Assembly: GCA_053919585.1 (NCBI GenBank)
Contig: CM132799.1
Source: Euprymna scolopes
Taxonomy: Eukaryota
Strand: one strand, 5' to 3'
Length of the DNA stretch: 64,000 nucleotides
The position numbers and the translations under genes are program-made. The notes below the pieces were generated by a model. It saw nothing but the letters and a program-made list of their open reading frames with translations. It ran no database searches and had not been told where the DNA came from. This document shows positions 41,319 through 56,079 of the stretch, piece after piece. How positions within the stretch are numbered: the first letter of the stretch is position 1; every line of letters starts with the position of its first letter.

Positions 41319-41502
41319 CATATAGTGTAAAATCTACCAAAAATTGCTCGGGAATGTTTACTTCTATTTTGGGCCCCTATGTTTTAAACCGGCCATTTTT
41401 TTTTACTATGGCGTGATTAGTGACATCAACACATATGGTGTCATCATATATGACTCATACAACATGATGCCATACCTGACGCATTCTGTACATATTTAAA
41501 TG

Positions 41503-41552
<50 letters not shown>

Positions 41553-42607
41553 GTCTGATATGCCATCATAACTGACGTATACAAACAAACAAATATAATG
41601 CTTTCTGTTTTTATTTCTTACGTTCTCTTTTTTTTGTTTTTCTCAGCTAACCTAAAATATATCTATACCTTTCCACCATCCCTTCCTTCTCTTTCTCCAT
41701 TGGCATTTCTTTTGTCGCCTTTGTAACTCATCCATCGTTTTCTTTCCCGTGTCTTTCCTTTTTCTGTTTACTTTATATTAAATAAAAAGATAATATTTTG
41801 AAGAATAGTTCTGTATTTTAATAACACGAAGCCTGACCAGTTCTTCTAATTTGATAAAGCCATATCGGGCTTAAAAAATAACAATAAGATTTAGCTTTGT
41901 TTGGTTACGTTTTTCCTCTATGTTTTTGGATGGTGTACATGTTGGGATTCATTTTGCCTATGAGGCGTAGGTATTATTCGTTTTTCACTCTAGCGCCTCG
42001 TGTCGTTATGAGTTGATTCCAAAGAGAGTTAGACGAAGGTCTTAGAAATTATCAGGAATATTTCATTTTACTATAGACCGCTGTTTCATACCATATTATT
42101 ACAAGAAAAATCAAAAACTTTACTCGCTTATATTTCCTGAATAAAATATACACAGTAAAACAAATACATAATATACATTAATTTGCCATTGTAGGTAAAA
42201 ATATTACAAAGAAGGACAAGTCAACAGTAGAAAATTTCTATTTTTCTTCTAATGTACATAATATAATCTCGACGAAACCATTAATCGCGTCCCTTCAACG
42301 TGAAGCTCTACATTCCACCACTGGTTAAGACGATATTCTGAGCATCATGTAAAGTCAAAGACAACATGCTCAACAACATCCGGAATAGAACCTACCAACC
42401 AACAGGCATTCTAAGTAATATATCAAAATATATCTTGACGGACAGTCAACTTAAAAAAAAAGTCATGCGCAAAGAACTCAGTAGTATATCATCCTCTATT
42501 CTGAGTACTGTTTACTCAAATAATCATGATTTGAGGAGACCCTCTCTTTGTAATCAGAGGCACAGATTCTTTTATTTTTGCATATGATCATCTAATATTT
42601 TAAACAT

Positions 42608-42671
<64 letters not shown>

Positions 42672-43099
42672 AACACACTAGTTTGATTAAAATATATGTA
42701 CATACTCCGTGATCTTATTTGCATTTTATTAAATAATATTAAAATATCCCTTAGGAAATTTTATAACGATTGAGGGCTAACAATCTAAGATGAGGTTTAC
42801 GTTTCCTTCATAATACTAAAAACATACGCTTTTCTTGTCTAATTACGACACATATTCATACCTACATACGTACNNNNNNNNNNNNNNNNNNNNNNNNNNN
42901 NNNNNNNNNNNNNNNNNNNNNNNNNNNNNNNNNNNNNNNNNNNNNNNNNNNNNNNNNNNNNNNNNNNNNNNNNNNNNNNNNNNNNNNNNNNNNNNNNNNN
43001 NNNNNNTGGTCATATAAACAAAACGATTTCTATATGCACATGCTAGATAGCTTTTAGTGAAAAGGCAGCATGATTCTATTTCTGTTTGACCGAGACGGG

Positions 43100-43458
43100 T
43101 TTTAATATAGCATACTATCTGAGACTTTGACTCCTTTCTCCACTAGTATCCTCCTTCCCCAACCTAAACACGCTAGACTACCTCTGTTTGATCATACGTT
43201 GAAAACATCACAAACATGACCTTCGACAACACTAAAGCCAGCGTAATCGCCGCCATCTTGCCGGCGCTTATGTAAGAGGCATGCTTCTAGTTTTGGACTC
43301 GTACGGAGACGATGATTTATGCTGAAGTCAGCCACCTTGAAGATATATCAACTCTACTACATCATCAAGTAACATGCATTGATTTGTTTTCAATTAAAGT
43401 TGTAAAATAAAATTGTAGGGTTGTTTTCTTAGGGTCACACATTTCTCATTCCGCCCTA
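43100..43458 (+). mobile_element. mariner (DD37D/maT-like) 3' fragment
   Basis: PNLNTLDY, SYVENITNMT.DNTKASVIAAI, EAC..F.TR.E..I.AE..H.E. It ends ...CCGCCCTATA. The 5' part is lost at or near the N-gap. Confidence 0.65.
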
Positions 43459-44872
43459 TACATGTAAATTTAAAAGTATAAATGCAAAGTGTTCTTGTCT
43501 TAAATAAAACATACGTTTCAGGTGTGAGTGCTTGTAATACATAACCAGAAAGCGAGTGTACACCAAAGTCAAGACAGGTTGTGATACATTCTATTTCTCG
43601 TTAGATTTTAGTTCAGTTAATGTTTTTTTCTTGATTTCCTTTGCAATATTATTAGCCTCTCTAATGCCTTTTAGAGAACATGTACTTATTCTCAAATGAA
43701 GATGAATTTAATTTTTCTGCAATTTATTTGTTTTACTTTGCAGAATGTGTATTATTCTAGAATTAGTCGGACGAATATTCTTATTCCAATTATTATACTT
43801 TGTAATCGGAAGACGTGTCTTGATATAAAGATGCGTGTGACTTGAAATTAGCATGGAATCAATCATAAATCAATAGAAGGATATATCAGGCGTGAGTTTA
43901 ATGGAACCTTTTATATGTCAATTTCGCTCATTAAACGATAAATAATGCTAATTCGAGACCGACTATTCCAAAAGATTAGTGGTTTCTGTTAATTCGATCA
44001 TTAACAATCAGCATTTGCGAACGTTTCATAAATATTCATCATTTTCTTTCCGTTCCTTTTAATGACCATTCATTTCTCTCCTCTTCCACTATTCACCACG
44101 TAACACTTTCCGTTTCCTATTCGTCTCATCCATCTTTCCCTTCTGTGTTTCTTCTAATATTGACCAGTTTATCGTTTTCTCTTTTTGACGCGTTGGAATT
44201 TATGTTTGCTTTGCTCAACAACTTTCAATATATTCATCCGTTCCTATTGTGGCGATAATGGCTTCACATCAACAATTTGAATGGTTTTAAGACCCCACAA
44301 ATTTTACAATCTCTCGGCAAGTTTCTAAACGAAGAGGGAAGCACGTACGTTAATAGCCTAGGGGAGAGTAAAGGCGTTGATTCTGTCTGTTGCTCAATGT
44401 ATACATTTACATTAGATTGTAAATATAGTTTTTTTTATAGCACTGATGGTGATTAATATAAAGGTATTCGAACGACGTATATGTTGTTAGTTTAACCCCA
44501 ACAACAAACGTAGATCATCAATATTGTATAATATCATAGTAAAAAAGATATATAAAAATAAATGGTAAACGTTACTTGCTGTATGTATATCTACAGAATC
44601 AAGGGCTGACCAGGATTTTGTGAATGCTCCTGCAGGAAGTAAATTTGAAAGTCATGTACACAGATTTCTTAAGTAAAATGTGTATTTAACTTTTTGAATA
44701 CTTCAAGCGAAACGATTAGAGCAATCCAGTTTTATTGTAAACAAACAAGACGAAAATTAGATTACCAAGGGTTATAGTTAAAACCGAACAATTGCGAAAA
44801 AAATGCTTTAGCACATGTTACTAACTACTAAGCAGACAGATAAAATATATGGATTGCTGTGCTATTTTATTA

Positions 44873-44907
<35 letters not shown>

Positions 44908-46529
44908 ATTATTATTATTATTGTGTTAATGTTGTTGTTGTTGTTGTTGTTAAACAGCATTCATTCATTTAGTATAAACATGATAGTTGTTCTACAGTTG
45001 TCTTTCACGTTAGTATTTGTTCATCAGTGTCTCTCACGTTGTAATATTTTTCACGATGGAAGTAACTAAATTACAAGATGGACAACGTAGATGTTGTTAA
45101 AATCCATGAGAAAAGCCGGTTATTGTTTGAATATGTTACACGTATATCTATATTGGAAAATATTTTCTAGGAAGGCATTGAATGCAGACAGAGGAACTCA
45201 CATATAATTTCAATGCCCTTTGGTGAAAGTGTTTATCGAAAGCAGAATAAGATCGAACTTGGCATGCATACTTTTCAGTCAGTGTCGCTTACTTCTTAGC
45301 CATTGTCTCGTCCAATTAACTACGGTTCTGACACACATTACGCTTTGCGCATACGTACTCATTAGAAATTATACAAAGAATAATAGTTTGTAAACCATTG
45401 AACTTGCATAACTTTTTCATTCGTAGAAGTTTACTATTTGTATAATATTTTATAATATCATAAAATAGTGAAGGACCTTCACAGAGTTACAGGCAATCAT
45501 TTCCTAATGATGTAAAACTTACATCAAATCTTTTTCCAATTTTCTATAAATATTATTGGATACTTCTACGCACTAAAATATTATCTAGTTTATCAATGTG
45601 CGGCCTGAAATGGAGGTGTGCGGCCGCATCTTGACAATAGCTGCTAAGACCAAGGTTTTTTTTATTACGATGTTTTACAAGCAGGTTTTAGACGTAATAT
45701 ATGCTTTCCTCCTCCACTTCTTACTACCTGTCTCTAACAGAAAAAAAACATCGTTGATATTCTATCCCTGATTGACTGTTATTCTTAATACAAGTGTTTA
45801 ATTGCGCGCCCATCTCTGGCCATATCAATCACTATATTTGTTTTGTTAGAACCACTGTGAACAATTTTCCTACACTTATAAAACTGAACTCAAATTCAAT
45901 AAAAATGGTAACTTTGCTAGAACTCTATTCCGCAGTAACGAGTTTCCAACTGATTCAACCGTGATCATTAAAAAGTCCAATGTTATTGACTCGCTCTCTT
46001 AAATAATTATATCCTTAGCAATTTCAGAAAGTATCGATTATTATGCTCATAATATTGATGATCAACAATCTTACACCTATTAACACTTGCCCTTTTAAAA
46101 TAGTTGTTTGCTATAGGATATATTATGCTCAATATCAAGAAGATTGTCTATAACACCTGACACGACACTAAAATATTCAACACATTGCTTGAGCCCACGG
46201 TGTTAGCTAACTGTCAGATCAATTATTTTCTTTTTTATTATTATGGTTGTGTCCATGTGAATCAGCTACTTAAAACTGTTGTGAATTAAAAACTCTATAA
46301 CAGAAACAAGAGAAAATTTAAGAGACGGACAAAACAGCAAAGACGAGACAGATTTAAATACTGTAAAAGAAAGTAGGCTAATAAAAATATGACAGCAAAG
46401 TGTAATAATATTTATCATATGGTTGCAAAATAACGAGACAGATAATGCATTTATCAAATATACTATTTGAAGTATGAATTAAAATTTAGATTATTATGCA
46501 AACAAGAGCACGATTTGACATATGATTAA

Positions 46530-46595
<66 letters not shown>

Positions 46596-47333
46596 TATTG
46601 ACATCAATGGGATCGAGTGTTTACCTGATATACGCAATGGTAAACTTCAAACTAATATAAACAACAGTATTTATATATAAATAATTTAATCCCAACCGCA
46701 TAAGAAACTCAAAACCCAGTAGACGGTGTAGCTTATTATAAGAGAAAGAAAATTAAACCTGAAAGTTTAACGTTAAAAGCAAAATTTATTGATCGACTGA
46801 ATACCCCAAAACAATTTACAAAGTCATTATTCTGTGGAGTCTCAAGGGATGCTATTTTTGTATTCATCAGAGTGCGTAAAAAAGGTAATGACCTGAGATT
46901 TTTAGTTGACTATGTCATATTTATCCTAAACGTTGCGCATTAATTGGATCGTCCATCATCTAGAGGCTATTTTAGCGATATTTTATAGCCATAAAATGTT
47001 TCATTAAGAGTCATTATTTTCCTGGTTTTGTAAATGTTTTACAAAATACCTCATACTTCCCAAAATCATCTCTTCTGATGAAGAAAAGCCAACAGTTGCA
47101 ACTGTTGTTTGCAATCATCTGAAATAAGAGCAAAGAATGCCTTCATTTACAATATTTCTTATAGCTATATCTCTTCTTTTTGGTGTTCATAGATGCAGTA
47201 AGTTTCACAGTGTATAATGATTTTTATACTGAAAATATTCATAATCATACTCTATTTTAAAAAGAAGGGATATATAACATACGAGAAATAATTTAAATCG
47301 AGACTTTCCTTGAAGTTATTAAATATGTGAGTG

Positions 47334-47383
<50 letters not shown>

Positions 47384-47517
47384 AAAGGGGGTTACAAAAG
47401 TAGTATAAAGAGGAGAGTGTATGTCAATGTAATAGTAAAGTGACTAATTTAATTAAAATACAAGAAAAGAACAGTGCTCGTTGTAATTCAGATATATACG
47501 AAGCTCGATAACCACAT

Positions 47518-47573
<56 letters not shown>

Positions 47574-48529
47574 AGATATAACCACACATTTCCTATATTT
47601 TTCCATTACAGCTGCCCATTGATGTGTAGGCAATTTTACCATTTATGTTACCGTAAAAAATATCCTGCCCCCATAAAATTCTTCAGATGTTTATCCATTA
47701 GATTTTTACAACGACAGATATATATTTAACATGCTGAACATCCTACTTGGGTAAAAAGTTTTCCAAAACCATGCCTCCTCACATCCTCCATCTTTTGGTT
47801 GTATGAGAAGATAGTGTTTCGTTTTAACCCGTAGTTTCGTATTTTCCACTTTCTCAATGATCATATAATTTGATATAATGTTATTTCTATATTTATGCGN
47901 NNNNNNNNNNNNNNNNNNNNNNNNNNNNNNNNNNNNNNNNNNNNNNNNNNNNNNNNNNNNNNNNNNNNNNNNNNNNNNNNNNNNNNNNNNNNNNNNNNNN
48001 NNNNNNNNNNNNNNNNNNNNNNNNNNNNNNNNNNNNNNNNNNNNNNNNNNNNNNNNNNNNNNNNNNNNNNNNNNNNNNNNNNNNNNNNNNNNNNNNNNNN
48101 NNNNTGTTCTAAAACAGTTCACATACCCTAAAAGTTATAAAGCACACATGAAAATATATTCGGAATGATATTCTACCCCGAAAAATTAATGAGCTTTCGC
48201 TGACGCATTTAAAAGCTAAACAAAAGAATTAATTTTGTAATATTCCCCATTTTCCCGAAAGTGCAAATATTTAAATGTTACAGGAAAATAAGGTGTATAA
48301 GATTTAACAATTTCTTCTTTCGTAAATAAACCGTGACGAATTAAAATCATCTTAAATTGCAAGTTAAATAGAATTAAAATAATAAAATAATGAAATCTCT
48401 AGGGTATACCGGTCAACGTAAAAAGATTAGTTGTATACAACCACATGAAAATAACATAAAACAAAAATGCGAATTTACATGAAAACAACACAGAGTAGAG
48501 AAAACAACTCTCTTCTATGTGATGAAAGT

Positions 48530-48820
48530 TATTCGGCTGATAAAACATCCACAGAAAATATTTGAAGCTCGTATTTGTAATCTATCAGTTGGACAGGAGT
48601 TATCCAGTGATATCTTGTAAAATACGGCAATTGATTCTGATATAAATCAATTTCTTACACGATAGTCATCCAACTATTTTGCCATCGATATTTGCAACAT
48701 GCTATATAGTAACGTTTCGTTTGGAGATTTCAACTTAAGAAGTGCCCTCAAATTTATCGCAAATAGTAGATTCCTCAATGAAAGTTTTATTAATCAGGAC
48801 TGGGTTTAATTGCGGATTTA
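48530..48820 (-). mobile_element. Possible Merlin/ISXO2-like transposase remnant
   Basis: LNPVLINKTFIEESTICDKFEG...NSW loosely resembles L.PII...I.PGS.I.SD.W...IE..W. The match is weak. Confidence 0.2.
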
Positions 48821-48990
48821 ATCACTTGTAAAACGAGAGAAAATGGTTTTAAAAGACTTATTTTCTTACTGATCCACCTGTTTTATAGTAATTTGAAGTA
48901 GTAAGTGACTTCTTTATTTCCAATTTGTTTTGATGTAGGGAAAACAGGTATACCATTTTCATATATGCTAGGATAGATATGTGGCGAATA

Positions 48991-49140
48991 TTTTATGTAG
49001 ACTTTTTATATAGACTTTTTATATAGACTTTTTATATAGACTTTTTCATATATACTTTTTATATAGACTTTTTATATAGACGTTTTTATAGAGACTTTTT
49101 ATATACACTTTTTATAGAGACTTTTTTATATAGACTTTTT
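48991..49140. repeat. Minisatellite, about 14-bp unit TTTTTATATAGAC(T), about 11 copies
   Basis: Seen directly. Confidence 0.9.
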
Positions 49141-49626
49141 CCCTATTTTTCATTAGAATTCGTAAGTTACATGTTGCATATCATTTTGGGCTCTTCGAAA
49201 AATATACATTAATTTAGAATTCTTTTGGCCCATTGCAATTTCCCATAAATTTGCAAGTATGAATGCGCATTTAGGGATTAAAATATTCAGAAAAGTCTTT
49301 AATAATTATAGAGAAAATATTTGTTTCCCACGAATGAAATCATATTTTAAATAAAATGTATCACGTTATTTTCGGATTACGTTTCCATAACGGTTAGAAA
49401 TTATGCAAAATTCTATACGATGGGCTTAGCTAATAATCCAACATGATGGAATTCATGTTTCAGGCGGTTCACACCTTACTGGTTTTGTATAGATCCATAT
49501 TGGAGTTGAATATAAATGACTTTATAAATAATGACATCAGGACATGAGCAGAAGTACACGGTTTTCAGAAACACATACACACTTGCACACACTTTCGCAC
49601 ACCTTTCTATCTCTCTGTCTCTCTTT

Positions 49627-49684
<58 letters not shown>

Positions 49685-50044
49685 CGTAATCTTTTGAAAT
49701 ACAATTTGTATAATATATCTTAGTTGGCACCTTAGACGATTAAATAAACATTATCAAAAGGTTATAATGTATATTCATCACTGTTCAACATATCTGACAT
49801 GCATTTATAAATGCTCACTTCACTTGACATCAGCGAGTTTATTTTCATTCTGCTCCATAGGCTTTTTACAATAATTTAGCATGCGCAGACTTAATGATTA
49901 TGCTGACTTCTGTTAAGGGTTTCGAATTTTGCTATTTGAGAAGATGGTGAGTTTTAATTCCTTGGTTATTCTACCACGTAGAAATATATACATATTGAGA
50001 TTATACTTATCTAATATTAAAATAATAATATGCTTGCATGAATA

Positions 50045-50087
<43 letters not shown>

Positions 50088-50104
50088 ATTATTATTATTA
50101 TTAG

Positions 50105-52830
50105 AATGATCATCATAACAAACTAGAAGTAATCACATTCTCTGAAATTTAAGTGACAACACCTCTTCCCGGATTTTTAGCACTCGCACTCTCCTTTTAT
50201 GAACTTTGGAATTTTGTTGCGATATCGCAATAGAGCTTTATATTTGATCTTTCGTTGAAAGCGATCGTTGGTCTTCACAGAAATTCGCATGATAGTAAGT
50301 CTCCTGAAAGTCCCAGTCCTCTTCGCATTCATATAGTAGAGATTTAGTTAGGGTTTTCTTTCTCATCAGTCGTTTCATCTCTTTCTACCCTCTTCAATTT
50401 ATGCCAGCACTACACAAGTTTTAGAGATGTAAATTATACTTAGATTTTCAGTTTTAATGATTCCTATTAGTTTTGTCTGCGTTTTACATCTGTATCAGTG
50501 TCTATATGTCCGGCACATATGCTTTAGTATAAACATTCACAGAGAATCTCTTAATATTAAAACTGTTTCCATTGTTGGTATCATCGTAGTTATTAATCCC
50601 TTGGTTTCCAATTTCCCTCTTTCTTTTTTGCAAGTTGTTCCGGACCATTCGAAGTGAACCTAGTCTTAGTGATGTTAACTCTAGCCAGTTTCGTGTATTT
50701 TTGTCCGCTTCCATGTCTCCTTGGTGTTCACTCTGTAATATGCAGGAAATGAGGATTCTACGACCTTTGATTACCTTCGGAAATGGGTTGCGACATTGCA
50801 ATAGAGGTTTAAATTTAATCTTTAATTGTCGGGTAGCTTTTCTTCCCATTAATCTTTTCTCGTCTCATCTCGTGTCTCTTCTTTTTTCTGTATTTTTTAC
50901 TTGCTGCAAATGTTCGGCATTATGTATTTTTACTAATCATTTTTTGTATCATTTAATACTGTTCCTCCCGTTTCCTTTCCCATAGGCTCAGGAAGAATAA
51001 TATTTCATTTGATCCAGCATATAAACGGTCTGGAGTATCTTATTAGCGAAACTGCCCAGGTGTTTATATCTTTTATAACATTTCTAGTTTAGTTTCGAGA
51101 AGTTTTCTTGTCCTTCTTGCGTATTCCTTTCAATTTTTGTTTGGTTTCTTGTTGCTTCAAAAGTGTTTGCATCAAGGCCTCCCATATATTTTAACTGCAA
51201 TCATCACCGTTTTGTTGCGTAGTTCCATTATCCGTTCTTCTTTATTGCCCATTTTGATTAAAAGAACTGCACGCATTTCTATGCCGAACTCAATTCGAAT
51301 AACCTTGTTGAAGTTTCTAGTTGCGTTTATAGGACTCTCAAGTTATTTTTAGTTTATCCAAACAGTTTGATGGTGTCTATGAATATTAGGTGGTTCTTTT
51401 CACCATCTGCATGAGTTAAATTGTATTAGAACTTTGTAGAGTCGGAGAAAATGAAGGGAGGAAGCGCCCACGTGTCTGCGCGTCTTGCCTTACATTGGAA
51501 CGCTTCTACGGTGTGCGTACGTGCATGGCCGAAACATGAAAGAAATTCCAAAATGGCGCCGTCCTCATCTTGTAGATTGTGCGATCATCACTGGGCCCCA
51601 CGTGACCGTTCTTTGGCTGCTGATTGGCCGAGGACGAACGCCGGAAGGATAAAGGGAGTGTGTTTGGAACATGGGTGTGTCTTTTCTAGGATCGACGTCA
51701 GTGTGATCGTATCAGTGAACTGCTGCAGCTTTAAGAGTACCTTAGTGTGTGTGTGTGATTTGTTGGGACTTGCTCGTCTGCTGACTTTACAGGACTTTCT
51801 TTTCTGCTGATTTTACAGGACCTGCCCTTCTGCAGAACTTGGAACAAAACTTCAAGCCTCTTCTTTCTTTTCACACCTAGTCGCCTAAAAAGGTAGAATC
51901 CGACTTACTTGTGAAACGGCTTTAAACTTTCTTAGTATATGTTTCATGAATATTATGATATGATAATTAGGAGTAGTGTTAGGGAATCTCCTTGAAAAAT
52001 ACCATTTTTGTATTTTAATCACAATTAATTACGGTTCATCATCTGTTATCGAAGTCTCAATATTAGCATTGCCTCTTCAATCAAATTCATAATATTCTCT
52101 GATGCTTTGAATATTCCCAAACATCATATTTTCCATAGTTGAGGGATACTATCCTACGTTTTTATGTAATTGATACATGCAATGGCTGTGTTTTGCCTAC
52201 TTTTCACTTTATATAAGTGTTCAATGTATATATTATAAGACATATGCACCCCTTTTCCATTTTTTTACATTATTTCCTTTTTTATTAGGGGGTTCTGATT
52301 ATAAAGGAATGGGAAATTGTTTAACTCTGTTGTGCTATTAGTATTTTCTACAATGTACTAAACATGTCACTGGCCTGTAGTTGCTGGTGATAGTTGATTT
52401 TGACGTCTATTCTTGGACCAATGTTGTTCTTCATTTAGTTATCACTTTTTTTTCTTACACGTCTATTTTATGGGGGCATTTTTCAAGTTCTGAATAAGCT
52501 CCTTCTGTAGTGATGTGAATATTTTAAAGCAGTATGCGTGCATTCCATCGTGATACAATGCTCGCCAGTCTACCATATTTTAGGGTTGTCTTGAGGCTTT
52601 CTTTTATAATTTTCTTCTCTGCACATTCCTGTACTGTAACTCTTTTGTCATGGCTTTCAACTATTTGGTATATTTATTGTCGTTTTACGCTTTCCTATAT
52701 TTTACCATAGTAGTATTTTGCTTCTTTGTGTGTCGGTAATTCTTTTTTGTCAATGCGAAGTGGTTCTTGGCTGTTTTCATTAATTTTTCGTAGTATCTCA
52801 TTCATATATAAACCTGAAAGAAATTAGATA
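50105..52830 (-). mobile_element. Decayed R4/Dong-clade LINE (RT to C-terminal region) ending in (TAA)n; interrupted at 51435-51906
   Basis: NGIFQGDSLTLL (about 51970-52005), NHLIFIDTIKLF (about 51360-51395), IEFGIE, NVIKDINTWAVSLIRYS (about 51030-51080) and DKNTRNWL. The 3' end abuts (ATT)n at 50045-50102. Confidence 0.8.
51435..51906 (+). mobile_element. Solo-LTR-like GC-richer insertion
   Basis: Begins TGTAGAGTCGGA and ends TCCGACTT (imperfect terminal inverted repeat), with ACTT on both sides. It splits the RT of the surrounding LINE and contains CACGTG twice, AAAATGGCG, GATTGG, GACGTCA and GATAAAG. Confidence 0.6.
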
Positions 52831-52849
52831 CATTTTTCTTAGTATAACT

Positions 52850-53364
52850 CCGTCGCCCTAATGCGAAATTTAAGATATTTGGCAATAAATTCCCCTCCTA
52901 TAACTACAAATAAAATGAAAAGTGAATAGATATAGGTTACTGTAATTTCTGTTAAATAGTGCTGAGTTTTTCGTCTTCCCAAGAGACACTTCACACAAAG
53001 TAATTATAATAAGGACAATTTAGCACTGATATTTTTAAAAAAATACCGGTCGAGAGTTTCCACGTGTTCAGATATTCATCAAACTTATTTCTTCTTTGCC
53101 AAAAAGGCACCGCAATCACGTTGGAAAGTTTTCTACTAACTGACATTTGTCATTCGAGTTTCGTTGCTTATGGCGGAAGGAGTGGATAATGGGTTGTTGT
53201 TGGTGGGATGTTTTCGTTTATATTTATACAGAGAGTTACCAGTAATCTTAAAACATTTTTCTTTCACGGGGGTGGGGAGGTTTCTTGATCTACAATTATT
53301 TCTCGTAGTATTTAATTTATATATATATATATATATTTCATTATATTTTCATTTATATATATAC

Positions 53365-53399
<35 letters not shown>

Positions 53400-53830
53400 C
53401 ACATCTGAAAGCAATTAAATACATTTTTCTTGATCCACAATGGTTTGCACCGTGACATAATAGTACGTGTATATGTATCACACGTCCGTCATCAATTTCT
53501 GCTATCCGCGGTCATTTCAGTGGTTTCCGAAATACTGTTTTATTACTAGTATATGGTCTATTATTATCCATTTACTCTGGGGTTTTGAGCTATGTTGCAC
53601 ATTTTGTCTGTATCATTTCCGTAGTTGAAACAAAATGAAGATACTTACTAGTTTTGCGTTTGTTATATTTTTATTTCTGTAACGATAAGAGGGCACATCA
53701 TTATCAGAGTGACGACAGAATCCATCATGTTTGCCATAAAATGGACAGCTGTCGACCATGACACTCAGATTTCTTTTGGCACCCATGGTGTCAGCATTGT
53801 GATTCGGATATGTTTACCTGTTTTTGTGTT
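52850..53830 (+). mobile_element. Possible highly decayed piggyBac transposase
   Basis: Collinear weak motifs: FGNKFPS (F.QYIPS-like), IKLISSLPKRHRNHVG, RSFQWFPK/ILFY (KS.KW..K.FF-like) and RIHHVCHK..DTQ..GVSI..ICL (Cys-rich tail-like). No TTAA ends were located. Confidence 0.3.
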
Positions 53831-54190
53831 ATTGGAAATAGCAGGTCCAGGATTGTTTTATAACACAGAGACACACTTCCCCTTACGTCCAGATATGAAG
53901 ACTATTGCAATACGACATTTACATAGAAAACTTGCACATATAAGGTAAAGGAAAAACATAAAATTTAGTATTTATTTAAACTGAAGAGAGAACGTACATG
54001 TTTAAAAATAGAAAGATTACGATTATTCCATCTCTCACGGTGTTACATAAGGAAAACCGACACAAAAGAATAGGGGCATTTACTTTTTTTTACGTTTTTA
54101 GTAAGTAGATAGTGTTCGCTTTCCTTGGCACACAAAAAAGAATAAATTACGAGCCCAGTTAATAAGTAAATAAAAAACTTAGAACTAAGA

Positions 54191-54229
<39 letters not shown>

Positions 54230-54946
54230 AAAAATATCTACACATTTTACTAAAGTAAAACTATTATAAATAAAATAAAGTCATGCGTAAATGAAGAAAA
54301 CACAGAAGATAATGAAAAACGAAGGGAAAAGCAATTCTTAAATGAAGAGCTAATGTAAAGTCTTTGAAACAGTTAAAGAAAACACAATTGTTTTTATTGT
54401 TTTTATTATTAATATTCTAATATATTACACACTTTCCGTCTTCGCGCTTTATTTCATCTCATTTTTAGATTTCTAATTTCTTTATTGCTTCTGGCAAAAC
54501 AAGATCTGACCCGAGTAACCGCTGTAATCGGTTTTCATTCGAGTACCTGCTTATTCATTCGTCAGGTGTTGTTATCAGCAAAGGGCTAGGGTATTTATAG
54601 ACGCGCATTTCCAACAATTTCCTCAACAATATTCTCAATTTTATAAAGTCTCTTATTGATATCTGTGTTAGTGTGGATACATTTAAGGATATTAACGCCG
54701 AACATTCACCATACAGGACACATCACNNNNNNNNNNNNNNNNNNNNNNNNNNNNNNNNNNNNNNNNNNNNNNNNNNNNNNNNNNNNNNNNNNNNNNNNNN
54801 NNNNNNNNNNNNNNNNNNNNNNNNNNNNNNNNNNNNNNNNNNNNNNNNNNNNNNNNNNNNNNNNNNNNNNNNNNNNNNNTATATACTATCAATGAATCCC
54901 AACAACTTCTGCGATTAAGGCATTATAAACCGATTTTTCTACGCTT

Positions 54947-55014
<68 letters not shown>

Positions 55015-56079
55015 ATCAAATCGACTGATTACCCAATGCAGTCAAAGCTTCACAAGGATTCAAAGGAATAAGGTTTTACATGCCTCCTCGCTTTTTACAT
55101 TTAGTTCACAATATATTGTAGTCTATAACAGTGTCCTGTAGAGAACGTACAGTCGATTATATAGAATATGTTTATGTAATATTTCAATTAAAGTTTTAAT
55201 TTAAAAAAGTAATGTANNNNNNNNNNNNNNNNNNNNNNNNNNNNNNNNNNNNNNNNNNNNNNNNNNNNNNNNNNNNNNNNNNNNNNNNNNNNNNNNNNNN
55301 NNNNNNNNNNNNNNNNNNNNNNNNNNNNNNNNNNNNNNNNNNNNNNNNNNNNNNNNNGTTGCTCTGGTTTTGAAGGTGGATGTTTAGCAAAATAAAAAGA
55401 ACATTTGTTTTTTTTTTTTAACTTTGGCCATTATTATGCACCCTTTGGGATCAAATAAAGTTAAGTTAGACCCAGGTCCAGGAACCCTTATCTTACATTT
55501 CAAGTGTTTAGATGGGCAATATGCGTAGGCCTTTGGTAGAGTTCTCAGCGGTCAAATCGTTGAACTTTGACCCCTGAAAGCCAAATTTCTGGAAAAAAAC
55601 GTATTACAAAGATATTCCAAATTCTTAGTACCCTGTAAATCAAATCCCGAGCTTGTAGACCGAACATTATTGCGTAGGAAAATGTACACTGACACANNNN
55701 NNNNNNNNNNNNNNNNNNNNNNNNNNNNNNNNNNNNNNNNNNNNNNNNNNNNNNNNNNNNNNNNNNNNNNNNNNNNNNNNNNNNNNNNNNNNNNNNNNNN
55801 NNNNNNNNNNNNNNNNNNNNNNNNNNNNNNNNNNNNNNNNNNNNNNNNNNNNNNNNNNNNNNNNNNNNNNNNNNNNNNNNNNNNNNNNNNNNNNNNNNNN
55901 NNNNNNNNNNGTATAATCAGGAGTCATTCCCAGCCCTGATGTTTGAATGATTGTTTAATCAATATATATGGAAATATATTATTTGAATTTGTGCTCACTT
56001 TAGAATTGATGCTTGTCTCTATAAATTGTTCTTAATCTATAACTTTTTTATCAAACACATTTTGAATTTGAATATGGTG

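Noticed and set aside
51451-51810. 119-aa plus-strand ORF as a host gene
   Set aside because: It lies wholly within the LTR-like insertion, and an open frame is expected from the higher GC content.
54390-54720. Possible minus-strand solo LTR (CTATAAATA and AATAAA)
   Set aside because: No termini or TSD can be defined, and one side ends in a gap.
55629-55650. miR-10-like seed TACCCTGTA
   Set aside because: Only the first 9 nt match and there is no precursor hairpin. No other conserved animal miRNA was recognised in the window.
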